The translations under genes were made by a program, and so were the position numbers. Source: Geosiphon pyriformis uo1 (taxonomy: Eukaryota > Fungi > Glomeromycota). Taken from it: a DNA stretch of 64,000 nucleotides. Location of the stretch: positions 40,713 through 104,712 of the forward strand of contig JAAOMT010000381.1 of NCBI GenBank assembly GCA_016748015.1. Direction: 5' to 3'. Below the pieces are notes generated by a model. The model did not search any database and was not told the DNA's origin. It saw nothing but the letters and a program-made list of their open reading frames with translations. Shown here in pieces: positions 1-14,267 of the stretch; within the stretch, counting starts at the first letter, position 1; each line of letters begins with the position of its first letter.

Positions 1-299
1 ATTATTATATTAAAATTTCTGACTATATATAATTTTAAATATAATTTTTTGTATATTTATTTACAATATATAAATTTTTTAAAATTACCAAAATTTGAAG
101 TTTTATGTTTTTTGTAATTTAATTTAACTATATTTGTTTTAAGACTACAACTTTTTATTTTGTATTTTATTAATAGATTATTATTTAATATTGTTGGTAT
201 TATAATAATTAATAATTAATTAAATGATTGGTAATTTTTAATTTGTGTTTAATAAACAAATTAAATATAAAAAATTGTTTTATTTTAAATTTTACAAAA

Positions 300-1588
300 T
301 ATATAAGCTGTTATTTAATATTTTAATAACTTTTATTTTTATAAAAACAATATATAAAAACTAAACTATTAACAATTAAAAAATAGTTTGACTGTTTTTT
401 TAATTATTTCAAGTTTTTATTAATAATAAATTAATTGTTAAATAGAAAAACATTATATTGTGAACTCAATTAAAAGTAAGGAGCTAAGTATGTCTTGGAA
501 TAAGGTCAAAAAACATTCAGATATAATAGGCAATAAGCATATTAATAAACTGGTCAATTTGGCTTCATGTTCAAATTTGTTTCTTTTTGTTTATGTTAAT
601 AAGAAAAGTGTTAGTGCTAATAGAATATTGGTGTTTGATAATATTTGTTATTTTGTCCAGAATGTTTTTAAAATTGTTTATTATGCACATTGGAAGGTTA
701 GACCTAGGTTTAATAATGTTGATGCAAATATGAAAAAAGATATGGATTAGTTTTGAACTACCTCAGTTTGACACTCTGATTCGTATATGGCAGCTGGTTA
801 CACGAGTAAATTCACTACTAGTTTTCATTTGTATTTTATAAAAGCTCTGTATTGTTGTCTATTAGTTGTTATTTATAAGCATTTGTATAATAGAAAATAT
901 CTTAGTGTGTTATGTCTTCATTGCAAAAAGGTAAAAACTTTTGACTATTCTTTTATATGTCTATTTGATTCTGGTACTTGTGAGGGCCTGCTTGGTGTGA
1001 GTTTGGTTGAATAAAAAACTGTGTTAAATTTGAGTTTACTATTATTTTGTGTTTTACAGATGCTCTTTTTGTGTGCTTTTGACAATGCTGTATATATTAC
1101 TTTGTATAAAGGCTTTGTGTTTAAAGATTAGTGTTTAGAGACTGTGTCTATTTTTGATAATGTTAAAGTTGCTAATGTTAAGGTGGTTAATTTTATGTGA
1201 AGTTTGGAAATGATCCACTAAAATAAAATATGGATAATTAAAGCTAAGTACAAATCAGTAATAAAAAAAAAAAACCTAATTGTACATAATAGTTTAGTAT
1301 CTTCTGTGATTTGTGGTCTTTTGATCTTGTTCTTTAATGGTGTTGTTAAGTTGCTTAGAATTGTGAAAATACACAGTGTCAGTTTTGGTTTTCAAAAGCT
1401 TTGCTGTTTTTTTTTTGGTACTAATAATGCTGTGATTGTTATCATAGATTTATAGTATTGTTCTAATTGGCCTAAAGAGCTGATTATGTGTAGAAAATAC
1501 ATGATTTACATCTAGTTTAGATTATATAGTTTGGTGTATTGGATTAGGTAGCTTTTGGGTCTTACTCATAAAATATTAAAAAAAAAAA
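300..1588 (+). mobile_element. 3' end of a decayed LINE (non-LTR) ORF2: RNase H C-terminus, zf-RVT-like Cys/His region, 3' tail
   Basis: 460-750 reads SWNKVKKHSDIIGNKHINKLV, a decayed RNase HI W-KVKGHSG-GNE-AD-LA motif. 787-1014 has YLSVLCLHCKKVKTFDYSFIC (CxxC..H..C zinc finger). Stop near 1455 and an A11 run at 1578-1588. Left boundary approximate. Confidence 0.75.
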
Positions 1589-2139
1589 TTTAAAAATAAT
1601 ATTAGGTTTTTATTGCAAATGTTTTTTATTTTGTAAATAATTCATAATATGTAATAATTTTTATTAAAAATTATTATTAAAAGTAAATAATATCAATTAT
1701 TAATAATTCAACAAAACTTATATTGTTATTTTTTAATAATCTGTTTTTTGTATATTTAATTATAAATTTATTTAAAAAATTTAAATATGTTTTTCATATT
1801 TAATTATAAATTTATATGTCAATTTTGTTGTTTTTGTATAAAAAATTTTACAATTTAATTAATAATAAAATACAAACTTTATACAAAAAAGCTTAATATT
1901 ATTTTTAAAAATTAATAAATCTATATAAAAAATAAGAAAGTATTTTATTTTTTATTTTATTGGCTGAATTTTTAAAATTAAATAATTTAATATGTTGAAT
2001 AATTAAAATTATATATACTCTTTCTTTTGTTGATTTTCTGGTTATAATAAAGGCATAAAATTGCTAAAAAAATAGCTTTTTTTATTTTTTTTTTCTCTTT
2101 TTTTTTTAATTATTTCTTTTAATACATCTTTTTTTGTTG

Positions 2140-4590
2140 TAATAAAACTGGTAAGCTTGTTTGCTGGTTATTTTGGTTCTAATTCTGGTTTAATTAGTTT
2201 GAAAACTTCTTCAAGTACCAAAAAAAAACGTTTGAAAATTATTTACTTTTGTGATGCATTTTATAAAAAACTGAAAAAGCCTGAAATTAGTAATAATATA
2301 GTTGATTTATTTGCTGGTTTTTTAAATTTGAAGAATATTATAGGCTTTAGTATTAAATCTGTAATGTCTTGTGAGAACAAAATTGGTAATGTAACAAGTA
2401 ATATTAATAGTTTTTTGAATGTAAAAAATATAAAAACACAATTACAAAAGAAACCAGTTACATGAATTCAAATATTTTTGTAAGTAATAAGAATATAGAT
2501 AAAACTATACTAAAGAAAACTTATATTTAGATATATATATTAAGACATTTATTAAAAGCACTTTTGTTTAATAATTTAAATAATAATAATAATATTTTAA
2601 TGTTTCTATTTTCTAAGTTTGTTGGCTCTAAACAATTGCCATTAATTAGATCATATGTTTTAAAAAAATGAAATTTTAATATTGTAAAATTTTTTGTGTT
2701 AAATATTAAACTTTCTGCTATGTCTGAAAAAACTTTTGGTAATAAGTTAATAGCTGTAAAAAAAATTTTTTATCATATAGATGATTTTGAGAAGACATCT
2801 ACTCTCTTAAAATTTCTAGAAATTATTAAATCATTTTTTATATCTGAATTAAGCTTAAAAAAAGCTAAAAAAATAGTAATCTGTAAAAAAATTCTGGTTA
2901 ATAATGATGTTAAAAAGATAAATAGCCATACAAATTAGAAAGTAATTGTCAAGAAAATTTTAGTAAATCTTTTTAAATTAGCTGTAAAGTCAGTTTTTTC
3001 TAAGTTTAATAAAATTATGTTAATTAAGATACAGCTTATTGGTTTTTGACAAAAAACTCTAATTGAATTTGAATTATTTGAAATTGTTGATTTGATTACA
3101 TCTAAATAGTTAGTGTTTATAAATAAAAATTTTGTGTATATAGCATTAACTATCAATAATAAATAAACATAAGTAATTAAAAATTGTTATTGAATTCTGC
3201 TCTATATTTTATTAATTAGAACAATTGCTCATAATTTTTCTAATTTATTGGTGTTTTATGGTAAGAAAACTTGTTTTATTGGTTATAATTCAAGTTTTTA
3301 TATATATAACAGAGATATTATTATTTGTTTTGCTAATAAAGCATAAAAAAAAACTGCTTTTAATTCTGTTTTAATTTTTAAAAGTGTGAATTTGTATTAA
3401 ATTAATCTTTTTTTGGTTTATTGTACTCAATACAAACATTTAAATCATGTTTTTAGTATATGTTTTATGAATAAAAATATAATTAGTCATAGTAAAAAGT
3501 GGTCAATTTTTAGAATTAAGTTTATTTAGCAAATATATATAAGAAAAAACAGGTATTAATTGCTTATTTAGTCTTATTTAATGAAAAAACTTGGATTTAA
3601 ATTGTTGATAATTCTATTTTTTATATGATGTTTTTGGCTTTTTCTGATACTAATTCATTTTCAAATATTAAATCTTCTTTGTTGGCTTTTTGAAAATAAA
3701 TAATAGATTTGTCATTTTTAAACACAGTTTCACTAATCTGTAAAGCAAGTTAATAACTTGGCTAAAAAATTGAATATACTTGAACCAATAATTTTTTAAT
3801 TTAGTTCTGAATATTAGTTATTAATAACTTTTTTATTACAAAATTAAGGAGTAAATACGATAATAAGTAAAAATTTAAGTGCAGTTACTAATAGTGAAAC
3901 TGTTACAAAAATGGAGTATTTAGACTAGTCAATTGTTATAAGATTTAAAGCAAAAATAAAATTTGTTAGTTATGATTATAAGTTTGATAATTAATGTAAA
4001 TAATAAGAGTTTAGGTTTGAACATTTTTTTTCAGCAATAACCAATTTTATTTGGAAAATTGTTATATATAATATTAAAGGTATAAATAATTCTGCTAAAC
4101 AAGCAAATATTATTTGTTAGTATAAAAATATAAATAATTTAATTTTTGTAATTACTGAAATAAAATTAAAGAAAAAAATCTATTCATAAATTATTAACAA
4201 ATTTAATAGTATTTATGTATTTATTTTTAATTTAAACTCTAATTACTTAAATTTTGGTATTATAATTGTTATACTATTGTACTAGTATGATTTATATACA
4301 GAGTTTTTAAGCTTGCTAACCAGTTTTTGTCTATCAGACTGCTGTTCAAAAATAAACTTTTTGTTTTAATTCTGGAACTATATGTTAATGTTTTACTAGC
4401 AATATGCTTAACTTAAGCTAAAGAAGTTAATTTATTGATTGCAAAAGCTATAAATAAATTATCTTTTATGATTTTGAACAGTAATTTTAATAAAGATAGC
4501 TTTTATCAATATGTTAGTTTTAAGAAATATCTTAATTTAGAATTGGTTAACTTTTTAATAAAAAGCTTAATTACAATTCTTGTATTTAAA
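2140..4590 (+). mobile_element. 5' part of a second decayed LINE: ORF1 (RRM-like plus CCHC knuckle) and the APE endonuclease start of ORF2
   Basis: CTQYKHLNHVFSIC knuckle at ~3422-3463. ~4050 reads IWKIVIYNIKGINNSAKQ...ITEIKL (APE N-terminus: WK.AT.NVRG..ETK). ~4440-4500 reads MILNSNFN (decayed GGDFN). Truncated at ~4590. Confidence 0.7.
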
Positions 4591-7500
4591 TAAAATACAT
4601 AATAGATATTTTTTTAGTTTTGGTTTTAAATATAAAATGTTCTAACTACTAGTTTTCTTAAAAAATTTTTGTTTTGTTTCTTTAGTTTAATTAGATATTA
4701 ATTTAAAAACCATGTAAGTCTTGGTAATTGGTTTATTTTTTTTCAAATTTGAATACTGGGGCTTTTTTAAACTATTTATTAAAAGTACTATAAATAGCAA
4801 ATACTTTTATGTATTGTTTTTGGTATAAGATTTTAAGTTCTTGAATTTTTTAATCTAGATTTATATTGGCTTTGAGAAGTTAATTGTTTTTAATCAAAAC
4901 TTAATATTAAAATATATTTATAATAAGAACTTTAACTAGAATAGTAATTTTATTAATTGTAAAAAAAAATTGTCAATTTCTTTAACTGAAATTTTTTTTA
5001 TATTATCAGCTATAAAATAATTGTTTAAATTGTTTAAATTGATTTATTGATATTTTGTTTTAGCTGTTATATTAATTAATAGGTTTTAGTAAATTTATTA
5101 TCTAAGATTAATTAAATTGTTTTTATTTTACTTCAGTTTTAGTATATATAACTGTAATTGCTTTTTGTTTAATAATTGCTGCATTATCAAGCAAAAATAG
5201 TAAATTATTTGTTTTAAATTCAAATAAAAAAATATTAGAAAAAATTAATATTTTTGGCAATCTTGGCTAATAAAATAGTATGGTATTTATTAAAAAAGTT
5301 TTGTTTTAGTACTGCAGTTTTATCTTCAAAAAATACAGTTTGGTAAAAATCTTGTTTTTCAAATATTGTTAAATAACTAGATTATGTGTAGTAATAATTA
5401 AGTCTTTGTTATATTAAATTTTAGGAAATTAATTAGTTGTTTAGATTAATTTTGTTGTTGCTTGGAAATCAATTTTGTAGTATAAATTGGTTTTATTAAA
5501 CTAATCTTTAAACAAATACTTAATATTGTTGAGTAAATGATAATTAATATTGTTAAACCTATAGTAGTTATTAATATTACTATTGTATTGATTATAAAAC
5601 AAATTGATAATAATTGTTTTAATATTAAAATTTTGAAAAGTAAAAAGTTTGTGTAAGAGACTAATAGTAAGATTGCTATGGTAAAAAGTAATATTGATTA
5701 CTCCTGTTTTGTTAATTTCATTGTAATTTTCTGCGGTTTTATTTTTAATATTATAATAATAACAGCTTTGGTATTGACTGCTTAATAATAATAAATAATT
5801 GTTTTGAGATCATCATTAAAGAGGCTAATACTTTTGTTGCTATTATTAATTGGTAAAATAGTTTTCAACTTTTTTTATGAGTTGGTCAATTTTTTTTTTG
5901 GCTGTTAAACTGGTTTTGTTAATTGTAAAATTGATAAGTTTTGTGTGGTTGGCTTTTTCTATTGCTATGTTATAAGTTTTAGTATATTAAATAACAATGG
6001 CTAAATCTTTTGAGACATGTAAATAAACTTTTTTGATGAATTTATCTTTTAGTTCAGCAATAAATTGATCTAAAATTTAAGCATTAAAATAATAGTCATT
6101 AGTTTCTAACTGATAAATTCGTTTAAGAAGTTTGTTAAACTTTCTAAGATATATTATAATAAATTCAAAGAATTCTTGTTTGATGTTTTAGAACTAATTT
6201 TGGAGCATAATAGAAGTATTATTGTTAATAAACTGTTTTAAGCAAACATATTTGAATGCTTGTCAGTTTTTAAAAAATGTATCAAGTTTTTAAATTATTT
6301 GTCTACTGTTCTTTAAAAAAATAAGAAATTGCTTTCAGCATATATATTGCATTTTATCTATTAACATCTTCTGTTTTTGAAATTTTGGTTAACTATTTTT
6401 GAAAACTAGTATTAGTATTTTTATTAGTAAATTTGGTAATTTTTGCAATATATATAATTGCTATGTTTTTTGTGTCTTCATTTTTAGTAGTTTTGTTTTC
6501 AGTAAATTCAAAAACATTTTAATTGTTATTAAAATTATTACTCTGATTTTTTGCTAAAAAATTGAGAAAATTTATGTTTTTAAAAATTTGTTCAAACTGT
6601 TGTGTTGAGCTTTTTAATAATGTAAAGTTTTCTGGTCTTAAAAAATAGTTAAATAATAAATTTGATATCTTAACTTGTGTAAAAAAAGCTGAAAAAAGTA
6701 TAATTAAAAGTAATAGTTTAAAATTGTTTTTTTGTTTAGATGTTTACAGATATTAAAAAGTTGTTTTTGGTGTATTAAATGTTGTATAAATTAATTGGAT
6801 ATTTTTTTTTGTTTTTTTTGCTTGTTTTAAATTCAGACTTAAATTCAAAAATAAATTGTGAATTAGTAAAGTATTTTTTTTCACAAAACTTAATAATATT
6901 ATAATCAAATTCTTCAAAATAAATAGTATAACTATTAGCATTAATGTTTTTTGGATCTCTATTTGAGTAATAAATAAGATTTTTAAGAAGATTTTGCTTG
7001 ATTTCTGTAATGTTGTTTTTTTCAAAAAGATATTTATTGATTCAGTTTTCAATATATTAAAAAAATGTTTTATTAAAGACTGTAATTTTGTCTTAAATTC
7101 CAAATTGTTGTTTACAATAAATGTAAATTAACTGATAGCACTTTAAAGTTGTTATGTCTTATGTAATCACTACTTTAAAATTGTTGTTGTTGTATTATTT
7201 CTGTAAAAGAGCACCAAATATTACTGGAGGTTTTTGATCTTTTTTTTTACTATTGTTAATATTGGTTTGCTGTTAATTCACAATTATTAGAAACTAGTAA
7301 ATTTTCTATAATTTAAACTACTGGGTTTATAAGTAAAATAGCCAATTTTATGTTAGTTACTTTATATTGTTATTTTGTTGTAAAAGTCAACTCTTTTTTA
7401 AAAATTGTTTGTTTAAAAGCTTACTAAAAATATGTAATTATTTTGCTATAAAATTCAATTTTTTTACAAATATTTTGTCTTTAAACTACTTTAATAATTA

Positions 7501-8144
7501 TAATATAAAAAAATATAAAAATATAAAAAATATAAAAAAATAAAATTTTATTAAGAAAATTGTTCTTTTTTCAAGTCTGGAATTAATAACAGATTACTAT
7601 AATTGGTAGCTAATTAATTTTAAAATATTAGTTAAGTTTTGGAGAATTTCAAGTATAATTAATTGAAAAAATTTATTTTTGAAGTATTTTTTTTTATATA
7701 AAATTGTTATTTAAAGATAAAATTATTATTAATGAGATTATTTTGGGTAAAATATATTTTTTTTAAAAAAAAAGCTTTTTTTTATACAATTTGTTATAGT
7801 ACTAATTTTGAACTTGTATTTTTTTTTGTTATTATTTCAATAAATTAATAATATATTTTAACAAAATACTAATTATTTTTACAAATTATAAATAATTTCA
7901 GTAAACTATTAAAATATTTTGCAAATTTTTACAAATTTTTAAATATTATATAGTTAAATAAATTGTGTAATTTAATCATTTTAATTTCTATTATACAAAT
8001 TAGATTATTAATTAAATAGTCATATTTGATAGTTTTAATTAAATAATAAGTAATAATTGAAACAATACTAATATATATTAATTAATAATAAAAATTATAA
8101 AAGTAATTTTATGCTAATTAATAACTAAAATTTTATTAGTAACA
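4590..8144 (-). mobile_element. 5'-half fragment of a Ty3/Gypsy element (lineage D, same as 15714-25477): LTR 7219-8144, PBS 7201-7218, gag, protease
   Basis: Reverse complement starts TGTTACTAATAAAATTTTAG, matching the LTR at 15714. PBS TTTGGTGCTCTTTTACAG. Gag and protease are colinear with 16700-19250. Truncated against the LINE at ~4590. Confidence 0.85.
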
Positions 8145-8419
8145 TTTTTCAAAAACAACAAAAAATCTAATACAATAACAAACTTCCAGAACAACTCATT
8201 GTTTACAAAATAAAAAACAAAGTTTTATTATATTAACAAAAGCAAAAAAACAATAAAGTAAGAAATTTAACAACAAATAGGATAAACTTTTTTATATTTA
8301 CAATGTCTTAAGTAATAGAGCATATAAATAATGTTTAGGTAATAAAATTCTAAAAAAAGTTGTATATAATAACCAATTAAAAATTTACTATTAACAACAA
8401 TTATCTAATCTGTTAATGC

Positions 8420-9370
8420 TATTACAGATAATTATTTAGGGTGTTAAAACAAATAACAAACTCGTAATTTGGTGCTTAATAACTTGGTAATATTGGTAAT
8501 TTCTAAAAATTTTGGAGTCTGAAGATTTTGATGAAGTTTTTTGTATAATAGACAGAGATTTAATTAATATTTTAATATCTATTTTGAAAGTACTTTTTGT
8601 AAAAATTTTTTTAGCATAGTGGCCAGTTTTTTTTAACAGTCTTGTTTTTTTAATAAACTATTCTTAATTTTATGAGTATCTTATTCTTGTTTTATGGGTT
8701 TTTTACCAGACTATTTTTAACATCAATAATTCAATACTTAATTTTTTTAACCAATTAGTAAACAACAAAATAAAACAAAAGAAAATAAGAAAAAAAAACA
8801 AGAAATTAGTATTCTATTAATAATTATAATCAAAAGCTATTAGTTCAATATGATTAAGTATTAAATTTTATTAACATAGAGTGTTGATAGAATAAAAGTA
8901 ATTAATATTTCTTTAATCAAGTAATGATAACATAAATTTAGGTAATAATTGATATTTTATTAATATGTAATTTAATTCCATTTCTAGTTATAGAAAACTA
9001 CCTTTTGAAAAAAAAAATATTGGGTAATTAATAGATTTAAATTAATAGTTGGTATTAATTCTGTCTTCTTTGTTTCTAACACTCTCATTATATATACATA
9101 ATTTTTGTTATACAAAATCTCATATTTTTTTAAGCAATGTGTCTTATTTTCTTTGATAATGTTTTTATTACTAAACAATGTGCCATGATTTTCTAATAAT
9201 GTGTATATTGTTAAGCAGTATACCATAATTTATTAACAATGTGCATATTGCTGAACAATATATCATAATTTTTTAGTATTGTGTTTACTTGCTAAGTACT
9301 ATTTTTTTATTAGTCTATTTTCTTATCTATTTTTCTTACTTTCTTTTTTTGTACTTTTTTATAAGTAACA
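8420..9370 (-). repeat. Solo LTR (lineage C), minus strand, 4-bp TSD ATGC/ATAT
   Basis: Reverse complement begins TGTTACTTAT and aligns with the LTR at 43141-43985. No PBS or PPT. Flanks are ATGC (8416-8419) and ATAT (9371-9374), differing only by transitions. Confidence 0.85.
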
Positions 9371-9378
9371 ATATCCAA

Positions 9379-10170
9379 TATTACTCATAGAAATTAAAAA
9401 TTATAATATATAAATAAAATAACCAATTAAAAATAAGTATAATAAAAAGAGAAATTCTAGGATTTTTTTTGGAAAATTGTAGAATTGGAGAATTTTTTTT
9501 AAAAAAATTAAAGGATTTAATAAATTTTATATAACATAAATAATATATATATAGCGAAAATATTAGAAGCAGAAAAAAACAATTTATTTCAGAATAATAA
9601 TATTTCTCTCTTTAAAAAATAATTTTTTATAACTTAAAATGGAATTATACTTATATTAATAAAATATTTATTATCACTTAAATCTATATTATTATTACTT
9701 AATTAAAGAAATTTTTATTTATTTTACATTATTAACACTCTATATTAATAGAATTTAATATTTAATTATATTAGACCAATAGTTTTTGATTATAACTATT
9801 AATAAGATACTAATTTTTAATTTTTTTTTTATTTTTTTATTTTTATTTTTATTTTTTTTGTTCACTAATTGATTAAAAAAATTAAGTATTAAGTAATTAA
9901 CATCAAGGATAGCTTGGTAAAAAACCTAAAAATAAGAATAAAAATTTAAGAATAGTTTATCAGAAGAACATAATTGCTAGAATAAACTGACCATTATGTT
10001 AAAAAAATTCACAAAAAAAACCATCAATTGAATCTCTGTCTATTATATAAAAAACTCAACCAAAATTTTTAGACTCCAAAACCTTTAAATATTATCATTA
10101 TTAATAGCTATTGAAAACTAAGTTACAGATTTGTTACTTGTTTTAATATCCCAAATAATCATCTATAACA
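9379..10170 (+). repeat. Solo LTR (lineage C-related), plus strand, 4-bp TSD CCAA/CTAA
   Basis: Runs TATTACTCATAG...CTATAACA. The 3' two-thirds align with 43410-43985. Flanked by CCAA (9375-9378) and CTAA (10171-10174), with no PBS following. Confidence 0.8.
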
Positions 10171-13100
10171 CTAAATTAAAAACATATATACTAATTGTGT
10201 TTTCTAATCAAATCTCATAAAACTTAAAACCAATAATAATTATTAAACATTATTTAAAAGGCATCTAATTTGGTCAATTATATTTGGATTATTACCATTA
10301 ATATTTAAAAAGAAATTAAAACAATCCCAAAAATAGTTAAAAAATCAAAAACATTAAATTATTAAAAAAAAATTTAATTTTTATATATAAAAATAATTTA
10401 TTTTAGTAATTATTTATTATTTATTTTATTTAAATATATCTAAAAATATTATAAATATTTTTTAATTTTAGCTATTACAAAAATATAATTTCTCATTAAA
10501 AATTACTTTTAATAATTCTGAAATATTATATAAAAAAAAATCCAGCTACACAAAAAAATAAGCCAAACACAAATTATTTTAATTCTTATTATAAGAAATA
10601 AAAAAATAATAACATATTAATTAGTAAAATTATAGAAAAATTCCAGTCTCTAAAAAGTACAACACCCAAAAAAAAAAATTTAATTGTCTTCTCTTATTAT
10701 ACACATTTCATAATAGCCACATTATTAGATTTTCAAACAATTTATATTAAAAAAAATAACAAAAAAATTAATAAAACAAAACTTTAGAAGTTCAAAAAAC
10801 TGACTAAAAAAACAACTCTAAATATTGTTTTAGAACAGCATATTAATTCTATATGCTGTTTTAATACTGCTCAAAAGTATTGTTGATAAACAAAATAAAT
10901 ATACTTATTCTTAATAGAATTAGAAGACTTATTAACAATAAATTTTAGAACTTACAAGAACCAAATAGTTTAAACAAGTATACAGATTTTTATATTAAAC
11001 ATCAACATTAAAAAAATGCTTATTGATTTTAATAAAGCTCAATCTTAAGAACAGAATAATATTATCCAATAGAAATTAACAAAAATCAAAAATAATAATA
11101 ATATAATATATTAATTAATTATTAAATAACAGTATAAATAGCACAAATTAACAAATAAAATCAGAAAAAATGATGCGTACACAATAGGATACAAAATATA
11201 CACAAACACATTCAATTTAATATAATTATAAACAAGTAAGCCAAAAAATACTTATAGTCAAATAAAAGATTTAATAGCTTAGTAATTATTTACTAATCAG
11301 TTAAAATATACATAATTATATATAACTCGAAATATGTATATATACAATAGTTTTTTAACTAGAAAAAAGACAGACAAGAAAAAAATAAAAAACCAGAAGT
11401 TAATTAAATAAAATAAAACAAAAAAAAGATGGAAAAACTAGATTATAATTCCAATAAAAGTTAAAAAATATGCTTTTTAAGTTTTGTATTATAATATTTA
11501 CTAATACTAAAATCAATTAAATTAAAGATCTTTTTTTTTATAATTTAGTTTTTTTATAAACAACTAAAAAGACCACTATTTTTTTTTACTATCATCTTTT
11601 TATTAATAAAAACAACAGTAGAAATATCTAATATATTAGCAAAAACATAAACAAAATTTAAGCTTAACAAAATTAAAAACATATTAAAAGGATATTAACT
11701 ACATGAAATTATCTAAAAACAACTTATAATAATATTTTGGCCAAAATTAACAATCAATTTAAAAATCTGAAACAAGCTTTTCATATTTTTGAAAAATAAT
11801 TTTTAATTAAGATTATTTTATGAATACTAATTTTGTTAAATTCTATTTTTTTATGTTAATTTTTTTTGAATTTATTAGAAATAAAGTACTGTTTTACTAT
11901 AAATAAGGAAATACAGATATCTGGTATTAGTGTAAAAAAAAAAGTATCTTTATAAAAGCTTTAAAAAAAACACAATCAGAAGTATAAAAATACAACAGAA
12001 ATTTTTCTTAAAAAAATAGTATAATAGAAGCTATTAACAGCAATTTTGGCAAAACTATTATACTATATACCAAATTTAATAATAAAAACATTCATTAAAA
12101 AAAATTATCCAATATCTATTAAGAAGTTAAGAAAAACTTATTGAACTAACTTTTAAATTTTTAAATAAAAATAATAATAGTAATATATTAAACAAAAATT
12201 CAGCATAAATTAAAAACAATACTAATTAAGACTAATATACTTATCTCTATGTTAAAATTAGATAATTTTTTATATTATTGCTTGATCTAAAAAGCCATAA
12301 AAATTAATTATAGTACAACTACCAAAAAAAAACTCATAATATTATAAAACAATTACTATTTATTTTAACCAATTTTATTAAATTTTTATTAAATTCAAGT
12401 TATAAAATAAGACTATTATACATTAACCAAATTTTAAATCAGTTTAATAAAAGATTAAAAAACAGCATTCTTTAGTTTATTAAATTTTATTATTTCAAAA
12501 ATTTAAAAAATACAATTATACTTACTTATAATTTTGAAATTAATAAAACAAAAACCAAATTATACTTAAGCTGTTAATTTGGCCATAACTAGAATCTTCA
12601 ATATTATTGTAAAATTTATTTAATTAAATAAAAAGTTTTTTGCAAAAAATTGAAGAACATATTAGTCTTTACAGTATTGAAAACTTAACAATAATACAAA
12701 GTACTCAACAATAACAACAATATTAACAGCAACAATAATCTTAAAATCAAAATTCCAAAACTGTTATTATTGTTAGAAATTTGGTCATATTGCAAAAAAT
12801 TATTACAAGAAAATAACAGACCAAAACTGTAAAAACTAATATTAACAACAATTAAAATATTTACAATTATTAAAATATTTACAATTATTAAAATATTATT
12901 ATTTTATTTCTTAGTACTATTACAGGTTGGAGTAACAAATTAATGAATAACAAGAGAAAACATGATTATAGAATGATAAAAAAAATCAAAAAGAATTTAA
13001 CTTCAAAGAGCAAATTAAATAAATATGAATTTAATATGTAAGATCAGTTTTATAAAATATCTTAGTCACTATACTTTTCAAAAAATAACTGGAAAATTTG

Positions 13101-13610
13101 AAGGTAAAGAAATAGTCTGTACTGTTAACAAATGATTAGTATAATTCTATGCTTTATGTTAACACTCTTAAAATTCAATATCAAGTATCAAATGTATTTT
13201 TTAGTCATGTTTTATTTAATAATTTTCCAATACTACAATTATATGTTTCAAGAAAAAAATAAGAAATAACCAACAAATAATTCTTTATCTTAAAATGTTC
13301 AGATACTTAAAAGTAGAAAAAGAGAAATTAGTGATAAAAGAAAGATTAAGATAAAAGTTGTTATTTTATTTTCTTGATTTCTAACATTTTTTTCTATAGC
13401 TAAAAAATTCATTGCTTATATAGCTATTAAAAATAGTCAATAATCAGGTCAATAACTAGATCAATGATCAAGTTAATGATCAAGTCAATAATCAGATCAA
13501 TAATTAGATCAATAATCAGATCAATGGTTAAATTATTGATCAAGTCAATAATCACTATCTAAAAATAAGATGGCTAATTATATGACATTAATAGCTTATA
13601 TATATAATAA

Positions 13611-14267
13611 CTAATAAAAAGTATGAGTTTTAACTATAATATTATCTTTTTCAAAAAGATTAAGCTTTGGCAAAATTAAGCTATTTATAAAATAATCTAT
13701 TTAAAGGGTTTTGTCTAATTCAAAGCTAACTAGTTTATTGAAATTTTTGGTAAATAAAGTATATAATATTTGAAGCAAAATGAGTTTTATATTCAAAAGA
13801 CCAAATCTTTGTATTAGAGTTTAGGTTCTTATAACAATAGTTAAAACTCTTGAAACATCTAATTATATAATGCCCAAAATTTCTGTCTGTATCTTTGAAG
13901 TTGTTTTTTTTATTAGTTTTATGTCCTTTATGATTTCACCAAGGTGATCATAGAGTTTTAATTGTTTTTTATATGACAAGTTTTTGTTTATAAGCAAAAT
14001 TTCTTGGAATGTATTTTCAATTGTGTTAAAAAGTAGGAATATAGCTGCTATTATACTTTTCAACAAATATTTATCTATTTTGTTACCAATTTTTTTTCTT
14101 CTGGTAGTGGTTTTTTTGAGTCTAATAACAGTATATGTTTTATTGTTATTAGTTATAGTGATCTGTTTTCTAATAATCAGAGTAGTATTTGAATAGTTTT
14201 TGATCTAATATTTATGGAGAGTATAGAAGACATTTTAAATGTTTTAATCCAGAAAATAATTATTCAT
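13611..14267 (-). pseudogene. ORF3 (accessory ORF downstream of integrase) of the lineage B element
   Basis: ATG at 14267. Includes ORF 13863-14066 (KQLKLYDHLGEIIKDIK). Homologous to 56599-57255. Confidence 0.7.

Larger units (their letters stand above)
8145..11400 (+). mobile_element. 3' remnant of an old Gypsy element: integrase GPY/F tail, ORF3, PPT, start of 3' LTR at 11060; interrupted by two solo LTRs
   Basis: 8145-8419 reads KIKNKVLLY*TKAKKQ*SKKFNNK*DKLFYI (decayed GDKVLL..W.GKF..KWDGPFY) and continues after 10171. ORF3 motif at ~10820-10955. Pre-PPT motif at 11025-11044, then TATTA (decayed TGTTA) at 11060. Confidence 0.65.

Noticed and set aside
6753-9226. Low-complexity ORFs such as 6753-7103, 8984-9226, 16506-16729, 39199-39561 and 41018-41275
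   Set aside because: They are off-frame or LTR-derived chance ORFs within decayed TEs.
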